From Octopus sinensis (lineage: Eukaryota): 50,062 nt of DNA. Within the stretch, counting starts at the first letter, position 1. Each line of letters begins with the position of its first letter. The notes below the pieces were generated by a model. It saw only the letters and a program-made list of their open reading frames with translations. It did not search any database and was not told the DNA's origin. Below are positions 14,300 to 27,459 of the stretch, piece after piece. The position numbers and the translations under genes are program-made. The stretch spans positions 1-50,062 of the forward strand of contig NW_021834352.1 in the NCBI RefSeq assembly GCF_006345805.1, in the 5' to 3' direction.

Positions 14300-14653
14300 T
14301 GATCATTTATAGAGATACGTATCACGTTAACATTGTTTTTCTTTTTATAGGTAACTGGAGTGAGAGAGAGAGAAAGAAAATCAATGCGTGGGTGGATATG
14401 GATAGGAATTTCAAGACAAGTAAGAAAGACGAGAGAGAAAAATAATAATACAGTGAGAGGATAGATACATATAGAGAGGGGGAGGGTTATTCTCCCTTTG
14501 GTATGATCAGTTCACTGAAATTTCACTACGAAGCACGCTTCCTCTTTTGTTTCTTTTTCTTTCTCCAGTGCATACCTATCAACATATAACATATAACACA
14601 CACGCACACTGACAGACATATATATATATACACACACACATATTTATATACAT

Positions 14654-14690
<37 letters not shown>

Positions 14691-14815
14691 CATGTATATG
14701 TATATACACATGCCTATATATATATACGTATGTATGCATATATATATGTATGTGTGTATATATATATATATACATGCATATATGCATATATATGTATGTA
14801 TACACACACACATTC

Positions 14816-14846
<31 letters not shown>

Positions 14847-14850
14847 ATGC

Positions 14851-17010
14851 ACCACACGAAAGTCGGTATTTACATACAAACCGAACAACAACCAATGCAC
14901 ACCAAATAAAAGACACCAGGACCTCATACTTACACAAGTCAATCTAACAAAAGAAAACTACGGTACAACTGGAACACAAACCTCCATAATAGAAAACTCG
15001 CTTTGTTGAATATGATAAAATATTCCAAGAAAGCAGATATCTACGAGGGATGAATGATCTCAACAACAATTATTCTCCCACGGAAATTCCAAATCAAAAC
15101 AATATCTAATGAACCCAACAGACGGAGCACTATTAGGGAAAGGTTAGCACAATTCCATCTAAAATCAGAGATCGAACTACCAAACTTTAGAGCCTCCACT
15201 AATGAAGAAAAATATAAAAACATCGACGAGGAGATTCACAGGGACATAAGCAAACAAACCGAGGCACAACTCTTCGAAAACACCATAAATCTTTGGAAAA
15301 AACTCTGCGAAAACGAATTATGAAATTCTCTTCTACGCTAGGAAATAATCAATGGTTTCTTCCAAAGATATGAATCAGTGAAGATAATTCTATTCTACAG
15401 AAAATGATAAATTATAAACAACAAACAGAAATTGAACAACGCACAAATCTCCCCCAATTTTAACCACTTTTCAACCACAACACTCCTCATTATCTGTCTT
15501 ACACCATAAACAGAAATCACCTACTACCTCCATTTGTTAATCACCCAAAACTAAACAAGCTGACAGCCAACTCATTTATGAAATAGATTACATCAAATCT
15601 AAAGAACACCCATACACCAACATCATCCCAATATCAGGCATAACCATCTCATGGCAATGCAAAACAACACTAGGAAAGCAAGCACGCCACATAGCTGGCG
15701 CTACTACCCCATGACCCAAAATTTCCGGTCTCCACCGAACACAAGAACAGCACAAAATAACACTTGATCAAGAAACACCCCGCATACAAATAATTCCAAA
15801 TAAAAGTATACCTCACACAGAAATGTTACACACATCACTAACCAAAACTACCATAGGTACCGGCACACACATAACCTGAAGCAAGAACACCATTCCCCCG
15901 GACCAATCCCATACAACCTCACAGACATCTCATGCAAACGAACCTGCAACCCACATTTTTAGCTCCAGATCAGAGACACCAGAATACAGGTTGGAACCTG
16001 GTGATCAGGTTAAACCGAAGATAATTAACCTCTCAACTAAACCTCTTCCAATCACAAAAGTAAACATCTTCTCAAAAGACAAAACAGGCAATCGTTTGAA
16101 ATTAAAAAGGCTATTGAACAGCGTCAACCCAAACATACAGTTCTCAATGGAGTGCAACCAAAAGGAGCGCCCATTCTTAGATATACTAATTGAAAAAACC
16201 TAAAATTCGAAACGGACATATCTTATAAATCTACAGACGCCAAACATTATCTACAATTTAATTCATGCCACCCAAAACACAAAATAAACATCCCCTTCAA
16301 CCTTGCAAGAAGTATATTCAAAATAGTGTCAGAAAAATACCAGAGACTTTAGACTGCAATGGCTCACAGTTAAACTCATAGAAGATGGAATCAGACTTGC
16401 AATGCAAATCGACATAGAAAACTTTAGAAAACACAGCTTCCCCGAAAATATTGATGTACATATCCACATACAACCCAATAAACAAAGAAGCCTTTATCAT
16501 CATAAACCGAAATTTACCAATGCTACATAATGACCCACATGAAATCATTAAAATCCACAAACAACTGAAATCACTAAAAATGACAATCACAAGGGCACAA
16601 TTACTTTCTTAAATAACGGATGGAAAAGGGAAACAACCTTCTAGATAGCGCTAATCTTCTTGATGGATCAGAATAGATTTTCAAATAGGGACAATTCAAA
16701 ATCAAATCTGACTTTACTTCTGCTTCAGAAAACCTGATTAATGTTATAAGATGCTCGAGTCCCACCAAAACTAAATGGTATCCACGGGGTTATCACTCAG
16801 ACGCAGATGCACTCTGCACCGACAGCAGATTGCATTCCTAAGTTACGGAATGATACACTTTAGTGAAATTATTGAGAATGCGCAAAGATAAGGCTAATAC
16901 AATTTGTAATCTTTCTATTCTATCAATGTGCCATTGGAACACCGACACAAGTTAGATTAAATAAGGAAACCAACTTCATTGGAAAATATAAGCCAAAACC
17001 TAACGATTTC
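14851..17010 (+). mobile_element. Decayed Penelope-like element with RT core deleted; RT thumb and GIY-YIG endonuclease relics remain
   Basis: KIINLSTKPL (pre-RT motif); LLNSVNPNIQFSME..PFLDILI; TDISYKSTDAKHYLQFNSCHPKH.INIPFNLARSI; FKIKSDFTSASENLINVIRC; SLRRRCTLHRQQI; RLNKETNFIGKYKP; many stops and frameshifts; starts right after (TA)n. Confidence 0.85.
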
Positions 17011-18114
17011 TAACATTTTAAAATAAAGAAACTTACCCCATTGAAAAATATAACGCAAAGCTTAACCCCTTGTAACACTCTATTCTTTCTAAATCAAATC
17101 ATGTTAAATTAATAAAAACTAGTCATTCCCAACAATTTTGATTATCTCCGCCATACCGAAAAATATACATATGTATATATTTAGATATATACATGTACAC
17201 ATATCATTCGCACATGGTAGTATGTGAATGATATTCTGAAGGACAACATTTCGCAACCACCTTTAGGCTTTTTCTCTAACTCAATTCTTAACCAAATATG
17301 ATGATATTTACATTTATAAATTGGTCACATGATGAGCTGTATTGCGTTTTATGATAGTTCTCGATGACAGAAATCAATCCATATGAGTTATATGCAACAA
17401 TATGAAGTAGAAAAAACATTGAGTTAAAAATCGACGAAAACAAGGAGATTCACGCCTGAAATTGACTTTGAATCCAAATATAAATCTCCTTTCAAAAGAA
17501 AACTATATTTATATTTAACTATTTTGATCTCGTCTACAGGAATCATATCATGCTAATTATTTATTTCAAAATTTTAGTAAAATATGCTGAAGAGCCAAAT
17601 ATGCCGAAAAGGCAAATTCAGAACTTAATCATATTTTTAAATTTTCCTTTTTTTTATTAGCTCATATGATAGAACTGATGAAAATATTCAAAATTCAAAA
17701 GGTGTTTTATAAGATAAATATGCCAAATGTAATTAATAAGTAATATTGTTACTTATTACACTAGTAAGACGAAGAGCTTGCAGAATTGTTAACATTCCAA
17801 AATTGGAAACCAATATTCCCAAATGCTTGATTCAGTTTATTATTTAGGTAAGTTACAAAGAACTATCTCAATATCATAGAATACTCTATATTGTAATAGA
17901 TATATACTCTAAAAAATATCTTTCAGAAACGGTAGTGTGTGCATAATATTCTTAAAATCCAATCGCGACAAATTCTAGGCTTTGTCACTAACTCAGTTAT
18001 TTACAAAATTCCATAGTGTTTATACATTTTTAGATTGTTTACCTACTAAGCTACATTTTGAGATACAAATTTTTTTTTTATAGAAAATGTTGAGATTTGA
18101 AATGTGAGGTATAC

Positions 18115-18145
<31 letters not shown>

Positions 18146-19015
18146 TTTACGTATGTATGTATGTATGTATGTATGTATGCATGTATATGTATATGTACAT
18201 ATATTTATATAATCCCAAATGAATGCGAAAATCTCAACTCTGTAGGAAGGAAGAAAAACCAGTATATAAAATCGTTTCCTGCACTGCGTATAGTGAGATC
18301 CGAAACCAATATTTCCTATTTACCAGATTTTTGTTAATATACTTGAACCACCCTAGATGTAAAACAAATATTGATGTATTCGTTAATTAACATGTATATT
18401 TTACTTTATTTATGCCATGTTTAATGAATCGCAGTCCAAACAAGTTTTAACTATTAAAAATATTTACAATTTTTTTTCTACATATAAAGATTATATGTTG
18501 AGCATCTGAAAATGGTGATAATTATTATATTGTTCCATTAATATTCCAAAAATTGTACGAATGAATTCATATGTTTGAAATCAGTATATGTATTGCAAGG
18601 AAATTAAAAGATATGAGTATTAATCTAGTAGGTTAATTTCATCAGAAAAACCCGAATTAAACATTGTACAACATTGATATAAACCACGCGATAATCCAGT
18701 GGCTTTCAGTTACAGAACAATTCAAATCATGTTATGTATGCAATTAACAATTATTTACATTTTCGTCTTCCTGAAATTATTAGAGGTTGTATCATTTTCA
18801 ATGTATTATTTGAGGAAAAGAACTGCTATTTCTAGTACGAAGAGTGGTCATTTACAGGTTATCTTGCTTGAAGATATATAGTACGCGGCGTGATAATTAT
18901 AAATCAATGTCTATTTCATCTTCCCCGTATGTACACACTTCTACACACGCACACACACACAGACACACAGAGGCTTACGTTAATGCATACATATATTCAC
19001 ACACACACACACACC

Positions 19016-19048
<33 letters not shown>

Positions 19049-20557
19049 TATATATATATAGGTGAATATGTATATATATATATGTATATATTTGTGTGTG
19101 TGTGTGTGTGTGTGTGATTATATATATAATCGTGCCGAGAGAGACACGACATATACATTTCGCTTATTCACAAAATAACCAGTATGTAAATTTCGTAGAG
19201 AAGATAAATGGCGAGTACTTGATATAAAAATAGATAATATATGTGCGAGAATAAATGAGTCTAAGCTGCATTTCCAAGATAAAACGCTTAAAAGGACAGT
19301 GATTGATATATAATAATGATACATTTCCCAAAATAACTGATATAAACTTCTTAAAATAAGTACATAGAACGTTAAGTTTCCTGAACTTTTCATAGAGACC
19401 ACACAAATAACGTTTAATCGTTATGTGGCATAATCTTTTAAAACAAAATGGGTGAAAGTCTGAGATATTGTATTGCTGTACGCTGGTCGTGATTTCAAGA
19501 TCTTCCTTTAGGCTTTTGATGTGTGTCTGATCATAACATTTTGTTCTCTATTGTGCTAGTTCATCCAACGATTAAAAATAGCTTATAACCGAGTATTAGG
19601 TTCAATAGAATGACGTAAAATCGAAGGTGACATTAGCTAATATTTGCTTCATAGCACACGCAACGGCTACCAGTGCGTTAGGAGACAGGTTTAATTATTT
19701 CAATTATCGAATATCGACTAAATTTTGAAATTATAACTTTTGTGTAGGTAGCGTGCGTGCGTTTATGAAAAAGCAATCAAGTTATGCATCGTTGTTTAAC
19801 GTTATATAATATTAAATGAAACTTTATTTTCAGTATATTTTCTTCTCGGTGATATAATTGCCAAACTGGAGTTTCTAAAATCATCTTTGCAACATACGTA
19901 TCTCTATGTATAGGTATAAACACACATACACACTGACAACACACAAAACAAACATACACGTACACGCACAGACACACATGCTTGTATGCGCGTGTTTGTA
20001 TGTGTGCGTGTTTGTGTATAAAATACTATGTAAATTTTAGATGGTAGCCGTTTAATTTAAAGCGTCTCATTTATTTATGGTTAGCTGATATACACAGATA
20101 TTGCATTGTTAAATATTGAAAGAAGCCTAATCAATTATTAGTAGCCTTTAGTATTAACGTGGTATTCTTCACAATATATATTACCAGAACTGCAGTGTTT
20201 AAAGAATTGGTTTATATACGTCTTTCATAAGGATTATAGATAAGTGTTTTTGCTTTTTGGTGTACTAATAAAAATAGTTTTCTTTTATGAAAAATGTTAC
20301 TAACACTCTCGGCATTCTACTACACATAATAGACGTTACTATTTACATATACATAGACTCAGAAGATTTGAGAATGCACTGTATTTATATGATATTCTTT
20401 ATAAAATTGTATATTGTAATGTCAATGAAAACGCACTTAATATTAGTAAATAATTATAGAAATAACTCAAATGTTTACTTTCGTTTTTTCCCTCTTATTG
20501 GCAGTTGACTTATCTAATTCCTAAATAAGATGGACAGCGGATTGTCATACACATTGC

Positions 20558-20744
<187 letters not shown>

Positions 20745-21227
20745 TATAGATATAGGAATATAAATGATATTTAAACAATTAATTATTGTAAGCACTTAGA
20801 ATATAAATCGCGTTATGATAGAATCTCTTGCATACCTAATTCACAAACTCTCTAACTATCTATCCATCTCTGTCTATATATCTACATATCCCACCATCTC
20901 TCTATCTGTCTCTATCTATCTATATATCTTTATCTCTCTATCTATTACTATCTACCTTTATCTTCTCTGTATCTATATCTATCTCTGTGTCTATCTCTAT
21001 ATCTACCTCTATATCTATCTCTGTATCTACCTCTATAAATCACAACTCTATCCTCGTTACACGAGAAAAACCATTTCGAAGAAGACTTACTGATATGGTT
21101 CCTGATTGTTGCCACACTAGACCATTGTGGTGACTGGCAGGGAAAAAATGGTGTCACCATATGCACTCTATTAACACGTCTTTTTAGCCCTGCAACTATG
21201 AGGCAGACCCTTCCACATTTTAGACAC

Positions 21228-21276
<49 letters not shown>

Positions 21277-21418
21277 CAATTAAGATTGAAGTCAATTCTA
21301 ATGAATTCACTTGAATATGGTACTTAACTTAGATGCACCAGAAAACTATATGGTGTTAACCAATACAGTAGTGTGGGGTGATTATAAACGAGAATAGAAG
21401 CAACAAGAATGGATTGGT

Positions 21419-21509
21419 TTTTAGTACAATTGTTTCATACAAAGACAGGCTTTATTAAAAGTTGCAAATATTGCAGCAGATAAAAGTGTCCCGTACTCAT
21501 CAGCTAAAA
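21419..21509 (-). ncRNA. Type I hammerhead ribozyme (minus-strand copy)
   Basis: Exact reverse complement of 21930-22020; predicted cleavage between 21425 and 21424. Confidence 0.85.
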
Positions 21510-21929
21510 CACATATGAGTTCTCCAAACATGTTAGTGGGTGAGGCTACACTCATGAAGTATTGGAGATAATTTCATTAAAAGCAGATTCAGGTTGTAAA
21601 CAGACTTCCAAAGATCTTTAATGATGATGCACAGTCTTATCACAGGTCTTAAAAAAGCTTATTAGCTTCACAAAAAAGTTTAATCCATCCATCGTTTGTG
21701 AGTATGAAATACCTCCTCATATCTCTGGAAATTTACACCTACACTATGGATGGATTAAACTTCTTTGTGAAGCTAATAAGCTTTTTTAAAACCTGTGATG
21801 AAGACTGTGCATCATCATTAAAGAACTTTGGAAGTCTATTTACAACCTGAATCTGCTTTTAATGAAATTATCTCCAATACTTCATGAGTGTAGCCTCACC
21901 CACTAAGATGTTTGGAGAACTCATATGTG

Positions 21930-22020
21930 TTTTAGCTGATGAGTACGGGACACTTTTATCTGCTGCAATATTTGCAACTTTTAATAAAGCCTGTCTTTGT
22001 ATGAAACAATTGTACTAAAA
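21930..22020 (+). ncRNA. Type I hammerhead ribozyme with long stem II
   Basis: Stem I ttttag/ctaaaa; core CUGAUGA 21936-21942; stem II gtacgggaca/tgtctttgtat plus inner helices; GAAA 22003-22006; stem III C-aatt-G (palindrome CAATTG); GUA cleavage after 22014. Confidence 0.85.
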
Positions 22021-22050
22021 ACCAATCCATTCTTGTTGCTTCTTTTCTCG

Positions 22051-22081
<31 letters not shown>

Positions 22082-22814
22082 TATATATACAAGTATGTAT
22101 CTTTTGGCATGATAACACTGTTGTTCTGGAAAATCGACCAAAATTATGCGTATATGGTCGAAAGCCGGAAATATATCGGAGCATAGATGCCGATAAGGAA
22201 TAATTAAGTGAACGGTCAACTAAAGGCAGCATGTGTAACATATCTAATGCTTGATAATTTCGCACTAAACACAATTAAAGCTAAGCTTAAATTGACTCTG
22301 TACATACCATGAAGAACAAATGCAATGCAAGAATATAAAAAATAAATGTTTTCACTGAACGTATCTCATTGTCTCCTTTGACTGTAAGTACAAATCATGA
22401 AGTCTAACAGTACAGTAGAGTAGAATGGATGTTTAAAATGTTTGAATGTGAAGACAAACAAACGCATTCACACACACACGCACACACAAAAATGCACACA
22501 TATACACGATTATAAGCAGACACACACACTCATACGCACATACACAGTCACGTACACACGCGCGCATGCGCAAACAAACACATGTATGTATATACTAGTT
22601 TCAGAGCTGTACTCCATGCGGACCATCCACCGGGCTTTTGCCTAGGGCTAATTAGTCCTGCGGCCCAGAACAAGATTATACGATGATAATAAAGCATTTA
22701 TTGGTACTGTGTCTATAAGTTATTACGTTAAATTCAGTTTAAAGGAAATAAATTGTTAGCTCCAGATATCTGGAGTTCATTTAATATTCGAATAGAAGAT
22801 ATGTATACACACAC

Positions 22815-22816
22815 AT

Positions 22817-22896
<80 letters not shown>

Positions 22897-23020
22897 ATAT
22901 ATATATATATGTATGTATATATATATATATATGTATGTATATATATATATATGTATGCATATATATATATATATGTATGTATATATATATATATATATAT
23001 ATATCTATATATATATACAT

Positions 23021-23058
<38 letters not shown>

Positions 23059-23080
23059 AGAGAGAGAGAGAGAGAGAGAT
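22815..23080. repeat. (CA)/(TA)/(TATG)/(GA) compound microsatellite
   Basis: Direct reading. Confidence 0.95.
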
Positions 23081-23559
23081 AGGTAGATATATAGACAGAT
23101 AGATGGATAGATATATACATACACATGTATATGTATACACACATACAGACACATATATATATCACAGACCAAAGTGTACGTACGTCGCTATATATATACT
23201 TGTTAGAAAGAGCAACCGATCATCATTTAAATCAGATTCCATGGCTGAATGTTCAAGAAAAAATGGAGGACAAATTTTCAGTCTCAGGAACATCCTGATT
23301 TCAAAAAGGTATATGTCAACCTAGAACAGAGGTTCCGGTTACGCTAAGAAACAAAGATAGAAACAGTCTGAAAGAAACGAATATAAAAAATTGGGTGATA
23401 CATTTAAAGGTTCACAGGTTTTTGTCAGCTAATCGATGTAATCCTCAGTACATATAGTCTCCGTCATAAAAAAAATCTTGAACTGCCTTTCTTATTTTCC
23501 TATGTGTTATATAGATATTACTCTGGAAGGAGATCAGGCCAGGGCTTATGCACACTTGT

Positions 23560-23915
23560 TCTTACCATACTCATTTATGATCCACAGTTGTATGTCACTT
23601 ATCTCCAGCATTTACGAACCTTGAGTGCTTTCACCAGCACTGCATCATTACCATCCTCAGTATCAGCCAACGTTGAAGTCATTAAACAGGCAAAGGTCAC
23701 CTGTATCGTATTCATGCTACTAAAGACTCAGCTGCGCTAGACAGGGCATTACTTCAGGTGAATGATCATCGACTGCCCAAGATATCTACATCTGACACGA
23801 AGACAGAAGGGAACCTCAGAAATGATATACATCCCTTAATAACACACCTTAGTACCTGTCATATCGACTATCATCGGCGTTCCACCCTAGCTTAGATCTG
23901 TGACACATGTCATTT
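23560..23915 (+). mobile_element. RTE-clade LINE ORF2 C-terminal fragment
   Basis: NVEVIKQAKVTCIVFMLLKTQLR*TGH, then after a frameshift DHRLPKI, later CHIDYHRRSTLA; matches the RTE pattern NVEVL..A...SIE.ML...QLRW.GH..RM...R.PK. Confidence 0.8.
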
Positions 23916-24017
23916 AAACACCAAATATATTATGCTGACGGCTTCTTTAAAATAGGAGCAGGACAAAGGCGCAGGAGTGATATTCCAGTTTAGCCCCGTG
24001 TGGTTAATAAGGAAATA

Positions 24018-24197
24018 AGAAACGTTAGCAATCCGGGCGAAATGCTTAGCGGTATTTCATCTGCGGGTACCTTCTGAGTTTAAATTCCATCCAGGTCGAC
24101 TTTGCCATTCATTCTTTCGGGATCCACAAATTAACTACCAGTTGCGTACTGGGGTCGGTATAATCGACTGGCTTCCTCCCTCAGATTTTCCAGCCTC
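24018..24197 (+). mobile_element. CORE-type tRNA SINE
   Basis: gaaacgttagca..gggcgaaatgcttagcggtatttc..gagtttaaattcc (B-box-like)..gtcgactttgccattcattctttcggg (CORE-like)..accagttg. Confidence 0.75.
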
Positions 24198-24851
24198 GAA
24201 TTATACGAGTTCTAATGTAGTGAGGAAGAAGGAAATTGTGTGAGAAAACTATATTCTTATATTTGTGAATTTTCTTGTCAATGAATTTTTTTTTTTTTCA
24301 CAAATCCACATGCAAATTTTCGGTAATGCTAAAATGATTGATGGTTAGTATACCGATAAATGATTAGATGCTCTGGTGTCCTAATTAGAGACGATCAGTG
24401 CTGTGTCTGGATGTATATTCCGTGTAATTGTTCCATGTAATATTTTGCGCTTTCTCTTCGTTATATGTTCGTCTCCTTAAATCAAACAATAACGTTATTT
24501 AAGGAATTTCTTACGAAAATGTGAGTTTACGCTTCCATTTCATATTAGTCTCAGGTGAAGATTTAATTTAATTCTGAGGAAACGATTCGTAAGAAATTGA
24601 TAAATAAGTACCAACCTACTAACCAATCGCTGAAATTGACTTACCGTCACGGACAAAAATATAAATGTAAGTACACACACACAGACACACATATTAACGT
24701 ATACAAAGAGGCACACACTCACACATATATATATCCATAAATATAGGGATATATAGGAGTGTAAGAGAACCTGTGGTCTCTGTGTTTGTGTGTGCGCGTG
24801 TGTGCCCGTGTGTGTGTCTCTGTGTGTGTGTGTGTGCTCTTGTGTGCCCGT

Positions 24852-24892
<41 letters not shown>

Positions 24893-25417
24893 GGAGCATT
24901 CGGATCGGCTTTCGAACATGATCTAGCATCGAAAATTTCAAATTGACACAAAAGTGACGTCTATCTATTATAGGAGAACAAACATAAATTCTTGTTCGAT
25001 TGCCGGCTGCTAAAGATCGTAAACTTATTGATTGGTCTAGAACACATTAAATGAATTATGTATTTCATTTGCCGATAATCGATGGCCTCACATTAATTAA
25101 TACTCTACGCTCAGCTCCGTTCTAAATAATAGCCGATAGTATAGATTATCGATAACGTTATTTTTTCTTCTTTGTGTGTTTTATTAATCTACTTCCGACG
25201 ATTTTATGCAGTCAATGTGATAAAATTTTTGCTGTTTTCTATGTCAGTTAATGACGTCAGTGCATATAGGTATAGAAATTGCAAAACACATACGTAGATG
25301 AAAAACAGATAAATATAAAAAAAAAAGACGACTAGAAACACGCCGAAGAACACAAACTCGCAAACACGCACCTGCATGTATGAATGTATTTTAATATAAT
25401 CATATATATATATATGA

Positions 25418-25687
25418 TTGTCTCCCCTTCGTAAATGTATATAAGGACACATGGAAAAAATGTGTCAAAGCCATCAGGAGGCGTTCGATGCTTCCTAGGG
25501 CTATACAGCGGTGGTGTACCCTCTACTGTCACGTTCTTGTTAGATTGACAGTATACAACCATTCTATCGCCCCACCACCGTACATGTCTCTACGAGAGAT
25601 TTAGAAATTCAATATTTCTTATTTTGATAATCAGTGAATAGACTTCATTGAATTATAGATATATACAATTGCGAAGTCGAGACAAAG
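25418..25687 (+). mobile_element. Left part of a hammerhead-bearing retrozyme-like repeat
   Basis: 25418-25564 is a direct repeat of 29306-29452; gagacaaa at 25679-25686 is complementary to tttgtctc at 29305-29312; preceded by (TA)n. Confidence 0.75.
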
Positions 25688-27459
25688 ATCACCGCCCCCC
25701 CCTTTTTTTTTTTGGTTATTGTGGTGTGTTTGTTTCGAGTGCGTCATTGTGAAGAGATTGTGAGTTCGAGTTCGTTGGAGGACGTTGAAAAGTTTTTTGT
25801 TGGAGATTTTTGAAAATGCAAGAGCAGACTTATGCGAGAGCGGCAGGCAGAGGCCTAGTTGCCAGTGAACTGGAAATGGAAGAAGTGGTGGTCGAACAGA
25901 AAACTCTAGAGAAGTATTTCGACAGTTTGAAGAGGGAGGGTGACTGCGTGAGAGTCACACCCGTCGAGGAGGAAGAAAGCAACGTGGAGAAGCGTATGAT
26001 AACGTACAGGACATGGTGTGTGGCGTCGAAAAAAGTTGAAGTAGCAGAAACGGAAGAAGTAGAAAAGTGTCTGAAGGAAATTGAGTGTGAACCCACATTT
26101 TTCAAGAGGAAGGAAATATGCCACAGTGGTGGTATATTTTAAAACAGAAAATGAAGCAAAAAAGAATGCAACAAGAATTTTGAAAACGGATAAGTGGACT
26201 TTACTACCAAGTTACTGCGGAAGGAGGGCAGTGAGGATGAGAATTAGCAGAATTTCGCCCGAATTTAATATGGAGAGGTTGTTGGCGGCAGTGGTTTTCA
26301 ACTGCAAGGATAGTGTGGAGGTGTTGAAGGTGGAGAAGTCAACAGAGGTTAAGTGGTGGGGATATACGGTGCAGGTTCTGGCACACATAACCGTGCGAGA
26401 CCTGTACAACATCCCGGAGGAGTTGGTCTACCCTGATGAGACACGGCTTAGAGTCGTGGTAGAAGGAAGACCCCCAGTCTGTGCTATAATTGTAAATCAA
26501 GGGGCCACATGAAGGATGTGTGCCCGCTGGAAAAAACGAAAGCACCGGAGGCTGTAATAGAGGAGTGTAAAGATGCGTGTGTGGAGGAGGGAGAAGTGCA
26601 GGAGGAAACAAAAAAAACAGCTAAATGAGGATACGGAAGAAGAACGAGCAAGTGCAGAGGAGGAAAGAACAGAAGATAGGAAGAGACAAGGGTGGAATCA
26701 CCACCGAAAGTTCTAAAAAAGAAAAAAATCAAAAGCAAGATAACAGAAGAAAAGAAGAGAGAACATGCAAAGAGCAGGAAGTAAAAGAAGAGCGAGAGAG
26801 CAGCCAAGGACAGAGTTTGAACAAGAATGGGAGACAAGTGAAAGAGCAGTTGGAAGCGTGTAAAAAGGAAGAAGGTCTGCAGGAAAAAACCTGAAAGCAG
26901 TTGTGATGTATATCAAGAATACAGAAGTGGAAAAGAGACTTGCAGGTAGGAAAGCGTTGGTCAGGGTGAAGTTGAACCCAAAACTGTATGGTGACGATGT
27001 AAAAGGCGCAGTTATAGAAAAAGAAACATTCACAAAATTAAAAAATATATTTAATGCTATTTATATAGCGCATTATGTACGGTATGACAATTTACCAAAT
27101 GTAATAGACCAAATGGACTTAATAGAATATATGACGGACGAACGTCCAATAGAACTGAATTGTTAAAATTGTAACATTGTGAATTGTAAAAAGTAAAGTT
27201 GTATTTTGAACAGGAATATATGTAATGTTAAAATGTAAAATTGTAAGTTGTAAAATTATTGTATTTTGAACTGGAATATATGTAACTGTAAAATGTAAAA
27301 TTGTAATTTAAACGGAACTGCGAGTTGGGGGTTCGTAAGCCGTTCCATCTCATTACATATAAATTCATCTTTACTTCATAATTTATTTTTACTTTATGTA
27401 CCCCATGTCCCGTCTTGTAATGTCCCCCTCTTCGTGGCCTTTGTGGGTAATAAAGAATC
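25688..27459 (+). mobile_element. ORF1-only non-autonomous retroposon, unit 1 (L1/Tx1 ORF1-like)
   Basis: Starts atcacc-C run-T run; 5'UTR; one broken ORF; 3'UTR with tgtaaaat repeats and a hairpin; aataaa at 27449-27454; no RT or endonuclease. Confidence 0.8.
25816..27166 (+). pseudogene. Frameshifted ORF1/Gag-like nucleic-acid-binding protein, ~450 aa reconstructed
   Basis: MQEQTYARAAG start; putative RRM-like region (YATVVVYF); RVVVEGRPPVC followed by a CCHC knuckle (frameshifted here, intact in unit 2); E/K-rich region; C-terminal domain ending ERPIELNC*. Confidence 0.75.

Larger units (their letters stand above)
21388..22051. repeat. Long inverted repeat: arms 21388-21692 and 21746-22051, 53-nt spacer
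   Basis: Arms are reverse complements with about 7 differences in ~305 bp; whole unit 21273-22050 is flanked by (TA)n on both sides. Confidence 0.97.

Noticed and set aside
21790-21845. Second hammerhead in the foldback arm (tgatga-agac..gtct)
   Set aside because: Followed by atttacaa rather than GAAA.
22125-22180. gacc..ggtc-gaaa hairpin next to the foldback
   Set aside because: Upstream core is not CUGANGA and no stem III or cleavage triplet is present.
26421-26450. ctgatga-gac..gtc inside ORF1 (also at ~28203) as a hammerhead
   Set aside because: No GAAA after the putative stem II; the sequence is codons for PDETRLRVV.
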